From an uncultured Actinomycetes bacterium (GTDB lineage Bacteria; SZUA-79; Acidulodesulfobacterales; Acidulodesulfobacteraceae), in contig CAZVZU010000010.1 of the NCBI GenBank assembly GCA_964631685.1, positions 1-59,800 of the forward strand: DNA of 59,800 nt, read 5' to 3'. A model generated the notes under the pieces. It searched no databases, had not been told where the DNA came from, and saw only the letters and a program-made list of their open reading frames with translations. The stretch's first letter is position 1; each line of letters starts with the position of its first letter. A program made the position numbers and the translations under genes. Shown piece after piece: positions 45,008 to 54,843 of this stretch.

Positions 45008-46834
45008 ATGAATATGTCTACAAAAAAAAGCAATGATAATTATTATGACATAATTGTCGTGGGGGCAGGTCACGCCGGCATAGAAGCTTCCTTGTCGGCT
45101 GCAAAAATGGGTTTGAAAACCGCCGTCATTACGATGAATTTGGATAATATTGGACAGATGTCTTGTAATCCGGCCATTGGTGGTTTAGCCAAGGGGCATC
45201 TTGTGAGAGAGATAGATGCTCTTGGCGGAGAGATGGGAAAAGCCACTGATAAAGCAGGTATTCAGTTTAGGACCCTTAATACTAAAAAGGGCCCTGCAGT
45301 TAGGTCGTCGCGCGCACAGGCAGACATGTTTAAGTATAAGGCTTATATGAAAAAGGCTTTGGAGTCTGAGAATAAGCTAACCATAATACAATCCACGGTT
45401 GATTCCTTAATTGTTGAAAAAAGAAAGATGGCGGGTGTTATTTTATGGACGGGCGATCGCATTTATTCAAGCGCTGTTATCTTGACTACAGGAACTTTTT
45501 TAAAGGGATTGATCCATATTGGTCTTTTTAAATACAACGCCGGAAGAGCGGGGGATTTTGCAGCAAATAACCTTTCTTCGAGCCTTATTGAAAACGACAT
45601 TAAATTAGGACGGCTTAAAACAGGAACTACCCCCCGTTTAGATGGCAGAACTATAAATTTTACAGGGCTCGAAGAGCAGAAGGGGGATGATTATTTTATT
45701 CCTTTTTCTATTGCCGGCAAAAATATTGTAAATAGCGTAAGCTGCTATATGACATATACAAATGAAAAAACCCATAATGTTGTTTTGGGCAACTTAGATA
45801 AATCACCTCTGTATTGTGGCGTCATTAAGGGCACAGGACCAAGATACTGCCCTTCCATTGAAGATAAGGTTGTTAGGTTTAAAGACAAAGAAAGGCATCA
45901 GATATTTTTAGAGCCGGAAAGTCTTGATTTTGTAGAATTTTATCCGAATGGTCTTTCAACAAGTCTGCCGTTAGACATACAACTTAAATTTCTAAGGACG
46001 ATAAAAGGCCTGGAAAATGTAAAAATTATGAGACCGGGGTATGCCATAGAATACGATTATGTTATGCCTAACCAACTAAAACATTCCTTAGAAACTAAGA
46101 CCGTAGAAAATTTGTTTTTGGCGGGACAAATCAACGGAACCTCCGGCTATGAAGAGGCTGCGGCGCAGGGCATTATCGCCGGAATTAACGCTGCCTTAAA
46201 GATTAAGGAACAAAATCCTTTGGTATTGGGCAGAGATGAGGCATATATAGGTGTGCTAATAGATGATCTCATCACACTTGGAACCGCCGAGCCTTATAGA
46301 ATGTTTACATCGCGGGCAGAATACAGGCTGTTGTTACGGGAAGACAATGCAGATTTCAGGCTTTGTGAATACGGTAAAAAGGTAGGTTTATTGGATGAGG
46401 AAAGGTACTCCATCTATAAAAATAGATTATCTGCGTTTAATAAATTGTCATCCTTTTTAAGAACATATAAAAATGGCAAATATTCCGACTTGCTAAAAAG
46501 GCCTGATGTTTTCATTGAAGACTTTAAACATGAATTCGGCACAAAAATAGATGAATTTGACACCAATATATTGGACAGGGTGCAACTTTTTATTAAATAC
46601 GAGGGCTATATCAACAGACAAAAAGAAGAAATATATCGGTTGAAAAAATTTGAGAACTTTAAGATAGACGACGATATTGATTTTGAGACTATTCCTGGTT
46701 TATCGCTTGAAGTAGTGGAAAAACTCAATAAAATTAGGCCAAAAACCGTTGCGGAAGCGGGAAGGATCTCAGGCATTACGCCAGCTGCCGTCGGTATTTT
46801 GTTGATGAGGTGCCGTAAGTCCTGTAAAAAATAG
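45008..46834 (+). CDS. mnmG: tRNA uridine-5-carboxymethylaminomethyl modification enzyme
   Basis: [49 protein letters not shown]. Confidence 0.97.
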   Translation: MNMSTKKSNDNYYDIIVVGAGHAGIEASLSAAKMGLKTAVITMNLDNIGQMSCNPAIGGLAKGHLVREIDALGGEMGKATDKAGIQFRTLNTKKGPAVRSSRAQADMFKYKAYMKKALESENKLTIIQSTVDSLIVEKRKMAGVILWTGDRIYSSAVILTTGTFLKGLIHIGLFKYNAGRAGDFAANNLSSSLIENDIKLGRLKTGTTPRLDGRTINFTGLEEQKGDDYFIPFSIAGKNIVNSVSCYMTYTNEKTHNVVLGNLDKSPLYCGVIKGTGPRYCPSIEDKVVRFKDKERHQIFLEPESLDFVEFYPNGLSTSLPLDIQLKFLRTIKGLENVKIMRPGYAIEYDYVMPNQLKHSLETKTVENLFLAGQINGTSGYEEAAAQGIIAGINAALKIKEQNPLVLGRDEAYIGVLIDDLITLGTAEPYRMFTSRAEYRLLLREDNADFRLCEYGKKVGLLDEERYSIYKNRLSAFNKLSSFLRTYKNGKYSDLLKRPDVFIEDFKHEFGTKIDEFDTNILDRVQLFIKYEGYINRQKEEIYRLKKFENFKIDDDIDFETIPGLSLEVVEKLNKIRPKTVAEAGRISGITPAAVGILLMRCRKSCKK

Positions 46835-46901
46835 AAAAATGTGAATGATATCTAGTATTTGGTTTATCTAATGCAATATCTTACCTATGTCATTTTTGAG
46901 T

Positions 46902-48293
46902 TTAGCAAATATGTTTATGTATTGTATTATGCGTAGGTATTTTATTGTTTGATTTGCCCGCTAACTCTTTCCCGAAACGGATTATGTCTGAAATCAAAAT
47001 ATCCGCCATGTCACTACTGAAATTTTCTTTTACGACTATCCTTAAAATATCTATATCTTCGGCATCTTTCGGTAAATTGTACGCGGGGACAATCCAGCCT
47101 CTCTCTCGTAGCCTTGCTGATAATTGAAAAACATCAAATCCTGTACCTTCTTTAATGGATATCGTGATTATAGGCAATTTTAAAGTTTCCACAATAGGTT
47201 CTAAAAAATCTATTTCTTTTATTTTCTTTAAAAGATAAACTGCATTTTTAAATGTATTATCAACTATGCGCCTGTAGCCATCTTTCCCCAGCATCAAAAG
47301 ATTGTAATACTGGGCAATTATCATCGAGCTTCCGCGTGAAAAATTAAGCGTGTATGTAGCTTCCTCACCCCCTAGATAGTTAACATGAAATATTAGATCG
47401 TCCGGCAGATCTGTTTTGTCTTTAAATATGAGCCATCCGATGCCGGGATATACAAGCCCGTATTTGTGTCCGGAAACATTTATAGATCTAACATGGGAGA
47501 GTCTAAAATCCCATTTCATATCTGGATATAGGAACGGTACAATAAATCCGCCACTTGCACCGTCGACATGGATGGGGATATCCCATCCATTTTGTTTTTT
47601 TACATTCTCCAGCATTTCATTTATTTCTTCTATGGGATCGATCTGTCCTGTGAAAGTAGTACCCAACACAGCGCCGACGCAAATAGTGTTTTCGTCGATA
47701 TTTTTTTCGACATCATTTACGTCTAATATGTACCTTCCTTTTTTCATTGGAATAATTTTCATTTCAACGTCAAAGTAGCGTGCAAATTTTTCCCATACTA
47801 TGTGCACATCTGCCCCTATCACGATATTAGGTTTGCTTGCATCTTTATTCAATCGCTGCATTTTTTTTCTAAAATTCCATTTATGTGCCAGAAGTCCGAG
47901 CATTATGGCCTCAGACGAACCAACGGTTGCCGTTCCGGTATACTGATTGCTGCCGGGCGCATTAAATAATTTTGCGAGCATATTGACGATGCGTTCCCGA
48001 ATTACGCCGGTTTGGGGATATTCATCTTGATCTACGAGGTTTTTGTTTATGGTTTCTATTATAAGTTTTTCTGCATTGGCATCCATCCATGTGGTAACAA
48101 AAGATGCTAAATTTAAAGACGGGTTTCCATCGATATTCAATTCATCATGGATTATTTGATAGGCAACGTCTGAGCCTATCCCCTTATCGGGAATATTATG
48201 TTTTGGAATAGACTCGGAAAAAAATCTGCTTGCATAGGTAGTGGCAATGTTTTTATTATCATCCTTTATAATGTTTTTCTTTTTTGGCTTCAT
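46902..48293 (-). CDS. gadB: Glutamate decarboxylase
   Basis: [53 protein letters not shown]. Confidence 0.93.
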   Translation of the reverse strand: MKPKKKNIIKDDNKNIATTYASRFFSESIPKHNIPDKGIGSDVAYQIIHDELNIDGNPSLNLASFVTTWMDANAEKLIIETINKNLVDQDEYPQTGVIRERIVNMLAKLFNAPGSNQYTGTATVGSSEAIMLGLLAHKWNFRKKMQRLNKDASKPNIVIGADVHIVWEKFARYFDVEMKIIPMKKGRYILDVNDVEKNIDENTICVGAVLGTTFTGQIDPIEEINEMLENVKKQNGWDIPIHVDGASGGFIVPFLYPDMKWDFRLSHVRSINVSGHKYGLVYPGIGWLIFKDKTDLPDDLIFHVNYLGGEEATYTLNFSRGSSMIIAQYYNLLMLGKDGYRRIVDNTFKNAVYLLKKIKEIDFLEPIVETLKLPIITISIKEGTGFDVFQLSARLRERGWIVPAYNLPKDAEDIDILRIVVKENFSSDMADILISDIIRFGKELAGKSNNKIPTHNTIHKHIC

Positions 48294-48364
48294 ATTGCAT
48301 GCTCCTTTAAGGTAATTTTAGTTACATAGTATCATGATCAATATAGGTTGGCAAATTAATCGAA

Positions 48365-48407
48365 TGTGACGCAGGTCATTTTTATCTATCGAAGACAATG
48401 CTATGAT
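48365..48407 (+). promoter_or_regulatory. HcpR/CRP-like site TGTGA-N6-TCATT with extended -10, upstream of hcp
   Basis: Site at 48365-48380; TGC then TATGAT at 48402-48407; site centre about -41.5. Confidence 0.68.
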
Positions 48408-48469
48408 GTGCATCAATACACAGTAAGTGTGTTAGTAAATAATTTAAATTTAAAAAGTGGAGGGTTTTA

Positions 48470-50101
48470 ATGTTTTGTTTTCAGTGCGAGGAAACCGTTG
48501 AAGGCGGGTGTACAAAAATTGGGTTATGTGGCAAGTCCGAAGAGGTTTCTAATTTACAGGATTTACTTATTTATAATCTTAAAGGTGCGGCTTTTTGGAT
48601 GGCTAAGGCTATGCAAAGTGGTAAATCGATAGAAGATGCCGACCATTCGAGTGTATTCAAGGGACTTTTTTCTACCGTTACGAATGTAAATTTTGATTCG
48701 GATGCTATGAGGGTTCTATTGGACGAATCACTAAAATTGAGAAATAAATATAAAAAAAGTTATTCGGGAAATAAAATTAATTTTATTCCGGATTGTGCGT
48801 CGTGGGAACCTGTTAATACCAGCCTGTCAATGTATAATCAAAAAGCAGGCAGTATTGGTATAACAAATCAAGATGATGATCTTGTTTCCCTGAAAGAGTT
48901 ATTAATTTACGGATTAAAGGGTATGGCTGCGTACGTATATCACGCCCATATACTTGGGCATACAGATAGTTCGGTAAACGAATTTGCCGTGAGGGCGTTG
49001 AATTATTTAAATGAAACAGATGCCAATATGGATGATACTCTAAATTTTGTTTTTGAATGCGGTGAAAAAGGGGTTAATGCGATGAAGTTACTTGACAAGG
49101 CAAATACTTCTCGTTATGGCGATCCCGAGCCCACCCAAGTTTTAAACGGAACTAAAAAGGGCAAATCTATTTTGATAAGCGGGCACGATTTATACGAGCT
49201 TGAAGAGTTATTGAAGCAGACTGAAAATATGGGGGTAAATATATATACTCACGGAGAGATGTTGCCGGCTCATGCTTATCCGTTTTTCAAAAGGTATAAA
49301 AATTTAGTTGGAAACTATGGCGGAGCATGGTGGGAGCAGCAAAAGGAATTTGAAAATTTTGACGGTGCTATCCTTATGACAACCAATTGCATACAAAAAC
49401 CTACCGAAAAATATAGAAACAGAATTTTTACGACGGACATGGTCGCCATGCCGGGTGTGAAGCATATTGAAAATTATGATTTCTCCGAAGTAATTAAAAC
49501 GGCTATGGATATGGACGGAACAAAGGAGAATATTGAGGGAGAAATTACCACGGGGTTTGCTCGCAATAGCCTGATAAAATCCACAGATACGATAATAGAT
49601 TTAATACAAGCTGGTAAAATTAAAAAGTTTGTGGTTATGGCGGGTTGCGATGGAAGGGATAAGGGGAGAAATTATTACACCGAGCTTGCGCAGAACCTTT
49701 CTGATGAATCAGTGATATTGACGGCGGGTTGCGCAAAATACAGATATAACAAATTAAATCTTGGTAATATAGATGGTTTGCCGCGCGTAATAGATGCTGG
49801 ACAATGCAATGATTCATATTCCCTTGTGGCGATGGCATTAAAGTTAAAAGAGGTTTTGAATTTGGATGATATAAATGAATTGCCAATATTTTACGAGATT
49901 GCATGGTATGAGCAGAAAGCTGTATTGGTATTGCTTTCGCTACTATATCTTGGCGTAAAAAATATACGACTAGGGGTTAATCTGCCTGCATTTTTATCAA
50001 AAAATGTATTAAATTTGTTAATGGAAAGATTTAATGTAATGGGCATTTCTACGGTTGAAGAGAGCATAGATTATATTGAAGAAGAAAAAGTGTATGCTTG
50101 A
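48470..50101 (+). CDS. hcp: Hybrid-cluster protein (hydroxylamine/NO reductase), class I
   Basis: MFCFQCEET..GCT..G.CGK (Cx2Cx7Cx5C), ISGHDL, YTHGEMLPAH, TTNC, AGCDG, GCAKYR, GQCND, WYEQKA. Confidence 0.97.
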   Translation: MFCFQCEETVEGGCTKIGLCGKSEEVSNLQDLLIYNLKGAAFWMAKAMQSGKSIEDADHSSVFKGLFSTVTNVNFDSDAMRVLLDESLKLRNKYKKSYSGNKINFIPDCASWEPVNTSLSMYNQKAGSIGITNQDDDLVSLKELLIYGLKGMAAYVYHAHILGHTDSSVNEFAVRALNYLNETDANMDDTLNFVFECGEKGVNAMKLLDKANTSRYGDPEPTQVLNGTKKGKSILISGHDLYELEELLKQTENMGVNIYTHGEMLPAHAYPFFKRYKNLVGNYGGAWWEQQKEFENFDGAILMTTNCIQKPTEKYRNRIFTTDMVAMPGVKHIENYDFSEVIKTAMDMDGTKENIEGEITTGFARNSLIKSTDTIIDLIQAGKIKKFVVMAGCDGRDKGRNYYTELAQNLSDESVILTAGCAKYRYNKLNLGNIDGLPRVIDAGQCNDSYSLVAMALKLKEVLNLDDINELPIFYEIAWYEQKAVLVLLSLLYLGVKNIRLGVNLPAFLSKNVLNLLMERFNVMGISTVEESIDYIEEEKVYA

Positions 50102-50130
50102 TTCTTGATTGCCGCGCGTTATTTATTTTG

Positions 50131-50212
50131 ATTTCAAAAAACGGCGATTCGCTTATATGTCACTTTTTAAATTTTAGGCATGTTTGTTTTTGCGGTCGTC
50201 GTTTTTTGAAAT
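50131..50212 (+). other. Long imperfect RNA hairpin downstream of hcp
   Basis: ATTTCAAAAAACGGCGATTCGC pairs with GCGGTCGTCGTTTTTTGAAAT using G-U pairs; inner stem ATATGTC/GGCATGT. Confidence 0.6.
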
Positions 50213-50262
50213 TGACAAACTCAGTAAGTATTTTGTACAATAGGTAGCCGGGAGCAACTACA

Positions 50263-50838
50263 ATGCCGTATATCAGAATCAAAAAAAAGAATCTTTCTAT
50301 TTTAATTTTATTTATAATTATCGTTTTTGCCGCATCGATTACACTAAGCGGATGCGGTGAACATAAACCTGAGGTGCTCACCGGTGGACTGGCGCTTAAA
50401 CTTATCAATCAACACATTAATGAGTCTCCGTTTTTTGGTGTTCTCTATTCCAAGGCCATAAGTATTAATAAAGACTCTTTTTACCCAGTGCTTTTCAAGC
50501 ATGGGTATATAAGATTTAACAGGAAATTGGGATATTCGTCATTCACAGCAAAACTGAGGCCGTTTTTATTCAAACAAACAGGTAAGACATATCTAGTTCT
50601 GGGAAAGTTTTTCGCTAAAAAGCCTAATGTAAAATTTATATCCAAAAATCTTGCCGAGGTTTCCTTTAATTTTACTTTTCAACCGGGCAGGCTATATAAA
50701 TTGGCTAAAAATAAACATCTTGCGTTTCTTGGGTTGAATGAGATTATTAAGTCGGGTAGGGCCGTTGCCGTTTTAGCGTTTAAGCCCTTTCTTGAATGGC
50801 AGATTGTGAGGTTTAAGCCCTTTCCGTCCAAACAATAG
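50263..50838 (+). CDS. Hypothetical lipoprotein, very basic
   Basis: Signal peptide with LSGC lipobox; upstream TTGACA-N18-TACAAT. Confidence 0.72.
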   Translation: MPYIRIKKKNLSILILFIIIVFAASITLSGCGEHKPEVLTGGLALKLINQHINESPFFGVLYSKAISINKDSFYPVLFKHGYIRFNRKLGYSSFTAKLRPFLFKQTGKTYLVLGKFFAKKPNVKFISKNLAEVSFNFTFQPGRLYKLAKNKHLAFLGLNEIIKSGRAVAVLAFKPFLEWQIVRFKPFPSKQ

Positions 50839-50853
50839 GCACTGTTATTTGGA

Positions 50854-52032
50854 CTATGTTGAAGGTTTTATCGTGATGTTACCCTTTTCGATCCGTATCC
50901 CATGACAAGTGTTCCCGTAATTTTTATTTGATGCTGATATTACGCAGAAAGATGATAAGGTTTCGTCATTTAGGGAATTATATATCTCCTTTTTTATCTT
51001 GCTTATAGACTGCCTAAGCACATCCATGCTCAAGCCTTCTTTGTAATTGTAAATAAGAATATCTGTCCTTGAGGGGCTTATAATCTCGTAAATTTTGATC
51101 ATTTCTTCCAGCGCTGGTTTTGTGGACAATTCTAGCAGTGACGGAAAGCATTCCGTGCAATCTTTGCAATATTCTGAATTTAAATGCTTGCAACTATGCA
51201 GTTTAATTTTTAAATAGGTTGCATAGATCATAAGATGCATTGGGCTTAATTTTATTTTTATGTTTTGGTCGCCTGACCCATTTAACATATCATGATTAAT
51301 GTCAACTGTCCGATCATGCAAATTAACCGTTATATTGGGATGAACAATTGATGTATCAATTTTCTTTTGTCCGTACTCGATAGCGGAACTGAAATCGCTA
51401 AAATCTTTCTTTATTTTATCTCTAAGTTTAAATAGTGGTAATTCAATCAAGTTTATTTCACAATTTTTGGTGTCTAAAATTTTATCGCCGTATTTTATCT
51501 TTCTATTCCTACTGGGTTTGTAATAGAAATCCCTATTCGACTCGAATTCGGGGGAAATCAATATATGATAGGTCTTATCCCACGGCCTTGAGTATAGCTC
51601 CATTGCGAGCCCCATGTAAAAGGACATCGTTTTTCGTCCCCCCGAAAGAAACGCATGCAACCTTGACGTGGAATTTACGGTCTTCTTCTTTATAAAGGAT
51701 GTTATGAAATTTGCCATAATTTGATTATCCAAAGTAGTCTTTATATCCGTCAACTCCTCTCCGTCATCATACTTTGGAACAATAATGCATTTTTTATCTA
51801 ACGAAAGCGCCGTAAATCCTTCTTTCATATCTGCACACATTTCTTTAAAGACATTGCTGTCAATTAATTTATCAGTTAAGATATTCCTTCCAACCTTTGT
51901 GGTTATTATGAAAATTTCGTCGTAATAGATAGGTGGGTTTTCTTGGGATAGGGCATAAATTCCCTCAGTAACTATCTGAGGAGTTACCCCTACGGCGAAA
52001 ATCAGTATTTCTTTAGTTGGTTTGCTGTTCAT
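50854..52032 (-). CDS. CARF-domain CRISPR-associated protein, NE0113 family (ring-nuclease-like), with C-terminal wHTH-like region
   Basis: ILIFAVGVTPQIVTEGIYAL, IITT..G, L.DI.T..DN, LHAFLSGGRKTMS, RPWD..YHIL, FE...DFYY. Confidence 0.82.
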   Translation of the reverse strand: MNSKPTKEILIFAVGVTPQIVTEGIYALSQENPPIYYDEIFIITTKVGRNILTDKLIDSNVFKEMCADMKEGFTALSLDKKCIIVPKYDDGEELTDIKTTLDNQIMANFITSFIKKKTVNSTSRLHAFLSGGRKTMSFYMGLAMELYSRPWDKTYHILISPEFESNRDFYYKPSRNRKIKYGDKILDTKNCEINLIELPLFKLRDKIKKDFSDFSSAIEYGQKKIDTSIVHPNITVNLHDRTVDINHDMLNGSGDQNIKIKLSPMHLMIYATYLKIKLHSCKHLNSEYCKDCTECFPSLLELSTKPALEEMIKIYEIISPSRTDILIYNYKEGLSMDVLRQSISKIKKEIYNSLNDETLSSFCVISASNKNYGNTCHGIRIEKGNITIKPST

Positions 52033-52158
52033 ATAAAATTAAACTGAATTATAATTAGTTAATTTAAATTTTCATGCTCGATGATATTTGGTCATTATAA
52101 AGCATTTTGAAATATTCTGTAACACATGATATATAAATATACCTGATAAGTCTCAAAG

Positions 52159-52199
52159 TTTTTTTCTCCCTCTCACCATCAGTGAGAGGGAGAAAAAAA
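52159..52199 (-). terminator. Intrinsic terminator of the OMP gene (symmetrical)
   Basis: TTTTTTTCTCCCTCTCAC-CATCA-GTGAGAGGGAGAAAAAAA. Confidence 0.85.
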
Positions 52200-52208
52200 G
52201 AGTAAAAA

Positions 52209-52868
52209 TTAGAAATTATAGGTCAGCCCCAGTGTGTAGGAATTTGTTTTTGCGTTACTACTACCAGTACCGGTGACGTTGTCTATGGACATTGATGCTC
52301 CGGAATATTGTGCAATTATGCCCCATGCATGGTTAAACATATATTCTACGCCTGCTCCATATAGTATACCATTTCCGTTTGAGGAACCAGATGCTTGTGT
52401 ATAGGCACTGCTGTACGGTCCGGCAAAAGAAAGGGAATCTTTATAGTGTCCGCCTATGTAGCCTAATTCCACGAAGGGCATTATATTTTTAAATGCATAC
52501 CCCGCCTTTACTGCAATAGTGAAATAAGTTGACGAAATTTTGAATGTTGCGCTATCTCCGTATATGTCAATATTATTCATAATATATGAACCGTTGGCTG
52601 AGTAGCCGAGGGTCACTTCGCTACCGATTACGATGTTGTTGACATTAATGTTTTTTCCGAAAGATAAATTGTCTGTTACGCCGGAGATGGACGGCGACCC
52701 GCTAGGGCTTGTGTGAATCCCGCCAAGGTTGAAGCCTATGTAATAGCTATTAAAATACTTATCCTGGGCATGAGCCTTGGGCATAAAAAACATTAACGAA
52801 AACGCCAAAGCTAATAATAATACGGCCGAGCTAATGCCTATGGCTCGAATAGAAGTAGATCTTTTCAT
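52209..52868 (-). CDS. Outer-membrane 8-stranded beta-barrel protein (OmpA/Omp25-like)
   Basis: Signal peptide ending AHA; YIGFNLG, KAGYAF, YGAGVEY; C-terminal LGLTYNF (Bam signal). Confidence 0.88.
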   Translation of the reverse strand: MKRSTSIRAIGISSAVLLLALAFSLMFFMPKAHAQDKYFNSYYIGFNLGGIHTSPSGSPSISGVTDNLSFGKNINVNNIVIGSEVTLGYSANGSYIMNNIDIYGDSATFKISSTYFTIAVKAGYAFKNIMPFVELGYIGGHYKDSLSFAGPYSSAYTQASGSSNGNGILYGAGVEYMFNHAWGIIAQYSGASMSIDNVTGTGSSNAKTNSYTLGLTYNF

Positions 52869-53052
52869 TTTAGTCCCCCTTAAAGATTTTGTTGATTTTA
52901 AAAATCATTAGTATTGCAATGCAAAATCAATTTATTTGTATTGATCACTATGCGATAAAATTGTGGTACATGCCATAAAAACAATATTTCTGCAATATTG
53001 TTTTTAATTTATAAATATTTTTTATCGGCAAAACGTGATGTCTCTATTTTTC

Positions 53053-53080
53053 TTGACAAATGTCAAATCTATGCTATCAT
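53053..53080 (+). promoter_or_regulatory. Putative promoter whose -35 is the left arm of the palindrome TTGAC-N4-GTCAA
   Basis: TTGACAAATGTCAA at 53053-53066; TGC then TATCAT at 53075-53080. Confidence 0.5.
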
Positions 53081-53146
53081 CTAAAGCCGAATAGGCTGTG
53101 CGCAGTTATATTATGTTGAAGTGAGTGCGAAATATATATATTAAAA

Positions 53147-54193
53147 ATGGAGAGACATGTTATGGATGTTATGCAAAATGAGGAATTACGCAAGAGGGTT
53201 ATGGGTCAGGCGCAGGGCGCACTCAGCCTAGACATCGCCTATATCGGCATAGTCAATAAGTTGTTTACCCATCTTGCCGGTATCAGTCCCGCTACCCCGA
53301 AGCAGTTGACCGAGAAGGCCGGTATGGATGCCGACTATGTGATTCGCTGGTGCGATGCTGCTTATGCCTTTGAGTACCTTGAACAACCTGTCCGGGGTAC
53401 GTTCGCATTGACCCCATTGGGACGTGCTTTTATTGCCGATCAACCGGGCAATTTAATGCCGTTCGCTATTCAAAGTGTGATGTCGGCGCATATGGCCGAA
53501 CGCGCTGCTGGATTAATGCGAACAGGAGATCGTCCTGGAGAAAAAATATTGACCGAGTGGGAGACTGTTCTACCCTGGTTCGGTCCGATGCTCGAACATA
53601 TGTTCGGACCGCTCTTGGAAAACGAGATCATAGATCGCGTACCTGTTTTTCATGAAGTCGATGCTAAAAGAGGTGTAATTGTTGATTTAGGATGTGGTAA
53701 TGGTTGGTATTTGCGCGCTTTGATTCGGCGCTGTCCGCGATTGCGTGGGGTTGGCCTGGACGGATTCAAGGAAAATATTAAACAAGCCGGTCAAATGGCC
53801 GAACGCGAAGGACTCTCAGGACGCCTTACTTTTGCGGTCGGTGATATCTACAACTTTCATCTTGATGAGCCTGTCAATCTTATCGCTATGAATAGGTCAT
53901 TGCACCATGTTTGGGATCAAAAGGAAAAAATATTTGCGATACTGCGTGATCATTTGTGTCCTGGCGGAACAGCAGTAATATGGGAACCCAATTGGCCACT
54001 GAAGCATGAGGATTTACGGATTCCTAATCGCAGAGGATTAGCTTTTCAAAATATAAGCGAACATGTGCTCGGCAACAACTTTTTACATGCTGACGAGATT
54101 GTTGCCGAATTTGAGTCGGTCGGCCTTGAGCCGGAGGTATTTTATGTTGCCGATGGACGCGACGTAATTGTTACCGGCGCCAAGAGCAAGTAG
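53147..54193 (+). CDS. Class I SAM-dependent methyltransferase with N-terminal wHTH (Rv2258c-like)
   Basis: VDLGCGNG, VGLD, SLHH, PGG motifs; visibly GC-richer than its flanks. Confidence 0.88.
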   Translation: MERHVMDVMQNEELRKRVMGQAQGALSLDIAYIGIVNKLFTHLAGISPATPKQLTEKAGMDADYVIRWCDAAYAFEYLEQPVRGTFALTPLGRAFIADQPGNLMPFAIQSVMSAHMAERAAGLMRTGDRPGEKILTEWETVLPWFGPMLEHMFGPLLENEIIDRVPVFHEVDAKRGVIVDLGCGNGWYLRALIRRCPRLRGVGLDGFKENIKQAGQMAEREGLSGRLTFAVGDIYNFHLDEPVNLIAMNRSLHHVWDQKEKIFAILRDHLCPGGTAVIWEPNWPLKHEDLRIPNRRGLAFQNISEHVLGNNFLHADEIVAEFESVGLEPEVFYVADGRDVIVTGAKSK

Positions 54194-54225
54194 GATGCGA
54201 TAAATGAAGTTTTTAATATCGGCCT

Positions 54226-54286
54226 GGCATAAAAAACATTAACGAAAACGCCAAAGCTAATGCCGATGGCTCGAATAGAAGTAGAT
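54226..54286. repeat. Degenerate second copy of the 5' coding end of the OMP gene (copy 1 at 52780-52860)
   Basis: 36 bp identical, then a 20-bp deletion, then 25 bp with one mismatch. Confidence 0.88.
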
Positions 54287-54333
54287 TTGTTAACTTATGT
54301 TAATAATATAAAATTTGTCAATCGCAAATAGTG

Positions 54334-54729
54334 CTACAGAAATGTCAGGATTATGTTTCTTTGCCGCGGCCCGTCAAACTCGCAAAGAAAAACACCTTCC
54401 CATTGTCCAAGATTCAGTTTATCGTTAGAATAGGGTATAATCCTAGAATTTCCAATGATGGATGATTTTATGTGTGCGTTTGAATTTCCTTCACTATGGC
54501 GATAATCAAGTTGTTTAGGCACTAAGCCATTCAAGAAATTGTTTATATCGAAAGCCACGTCCGCATCGTATGCCTCGTTGATGATTATGCCGGTGGTCGT
54601 ATGTGGGGAATAAATCAGGCATATTCCCGATGTTTTAGAAGATCTTAAAACAAAGTTTTCTATTGTTTTTGTAATATCTATTAACTCACTATTTTTACTA
54701 GTTTTAACAGAAAAACTGTAAGTTTTCAT
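54334..54729 (-). CDS. yjbQ: YjbQ/UPF0047 family protein
   Basis: HTTTGIIINE, HSEGNSNAHIKS, LGQWEGVFLCEFDGPR. Confidence 0.92.
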   Translation of the reverse strand: MKTYSFSVKTSKNSELIDITKTIENFVLRSSKTSGICLIYSPHTTTGIIINEAYDADVAFDINNFLNGLVPKQLDYRHSEGNSNAHIKSSIIGNSRIIPYSNDKLNLGQWEGVFLCEFDGPRQRNIILTFL

Positions 54730-54806
54730 GTTTTTGATTTGGGTTAGATATTTGCTTTACACTGATTATATCATAACATATTTTTATATTATATATAGAA
54801 AATTTC

Positions 54807-54836
54807 TTGACACGGCAAATTAAATGGCTATATAAT
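54807..54836 (+). promoter_or_regulatory. Consensus sigma70 promoter for hgcAB (TTGACA-N18-TATAAT)
   Basis: TTGACA at 54807-54812, TATAAT at 54831-54836. Confidence 0.65.
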
Positions 54837-54843
54837 GAAACAC

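Noticed and set aside
50100..53146. CRISPR array near the CARF gene
   Set aside because: No regularly spaced 25-40 bp direct repeats were seen here or elsewhere in the window.
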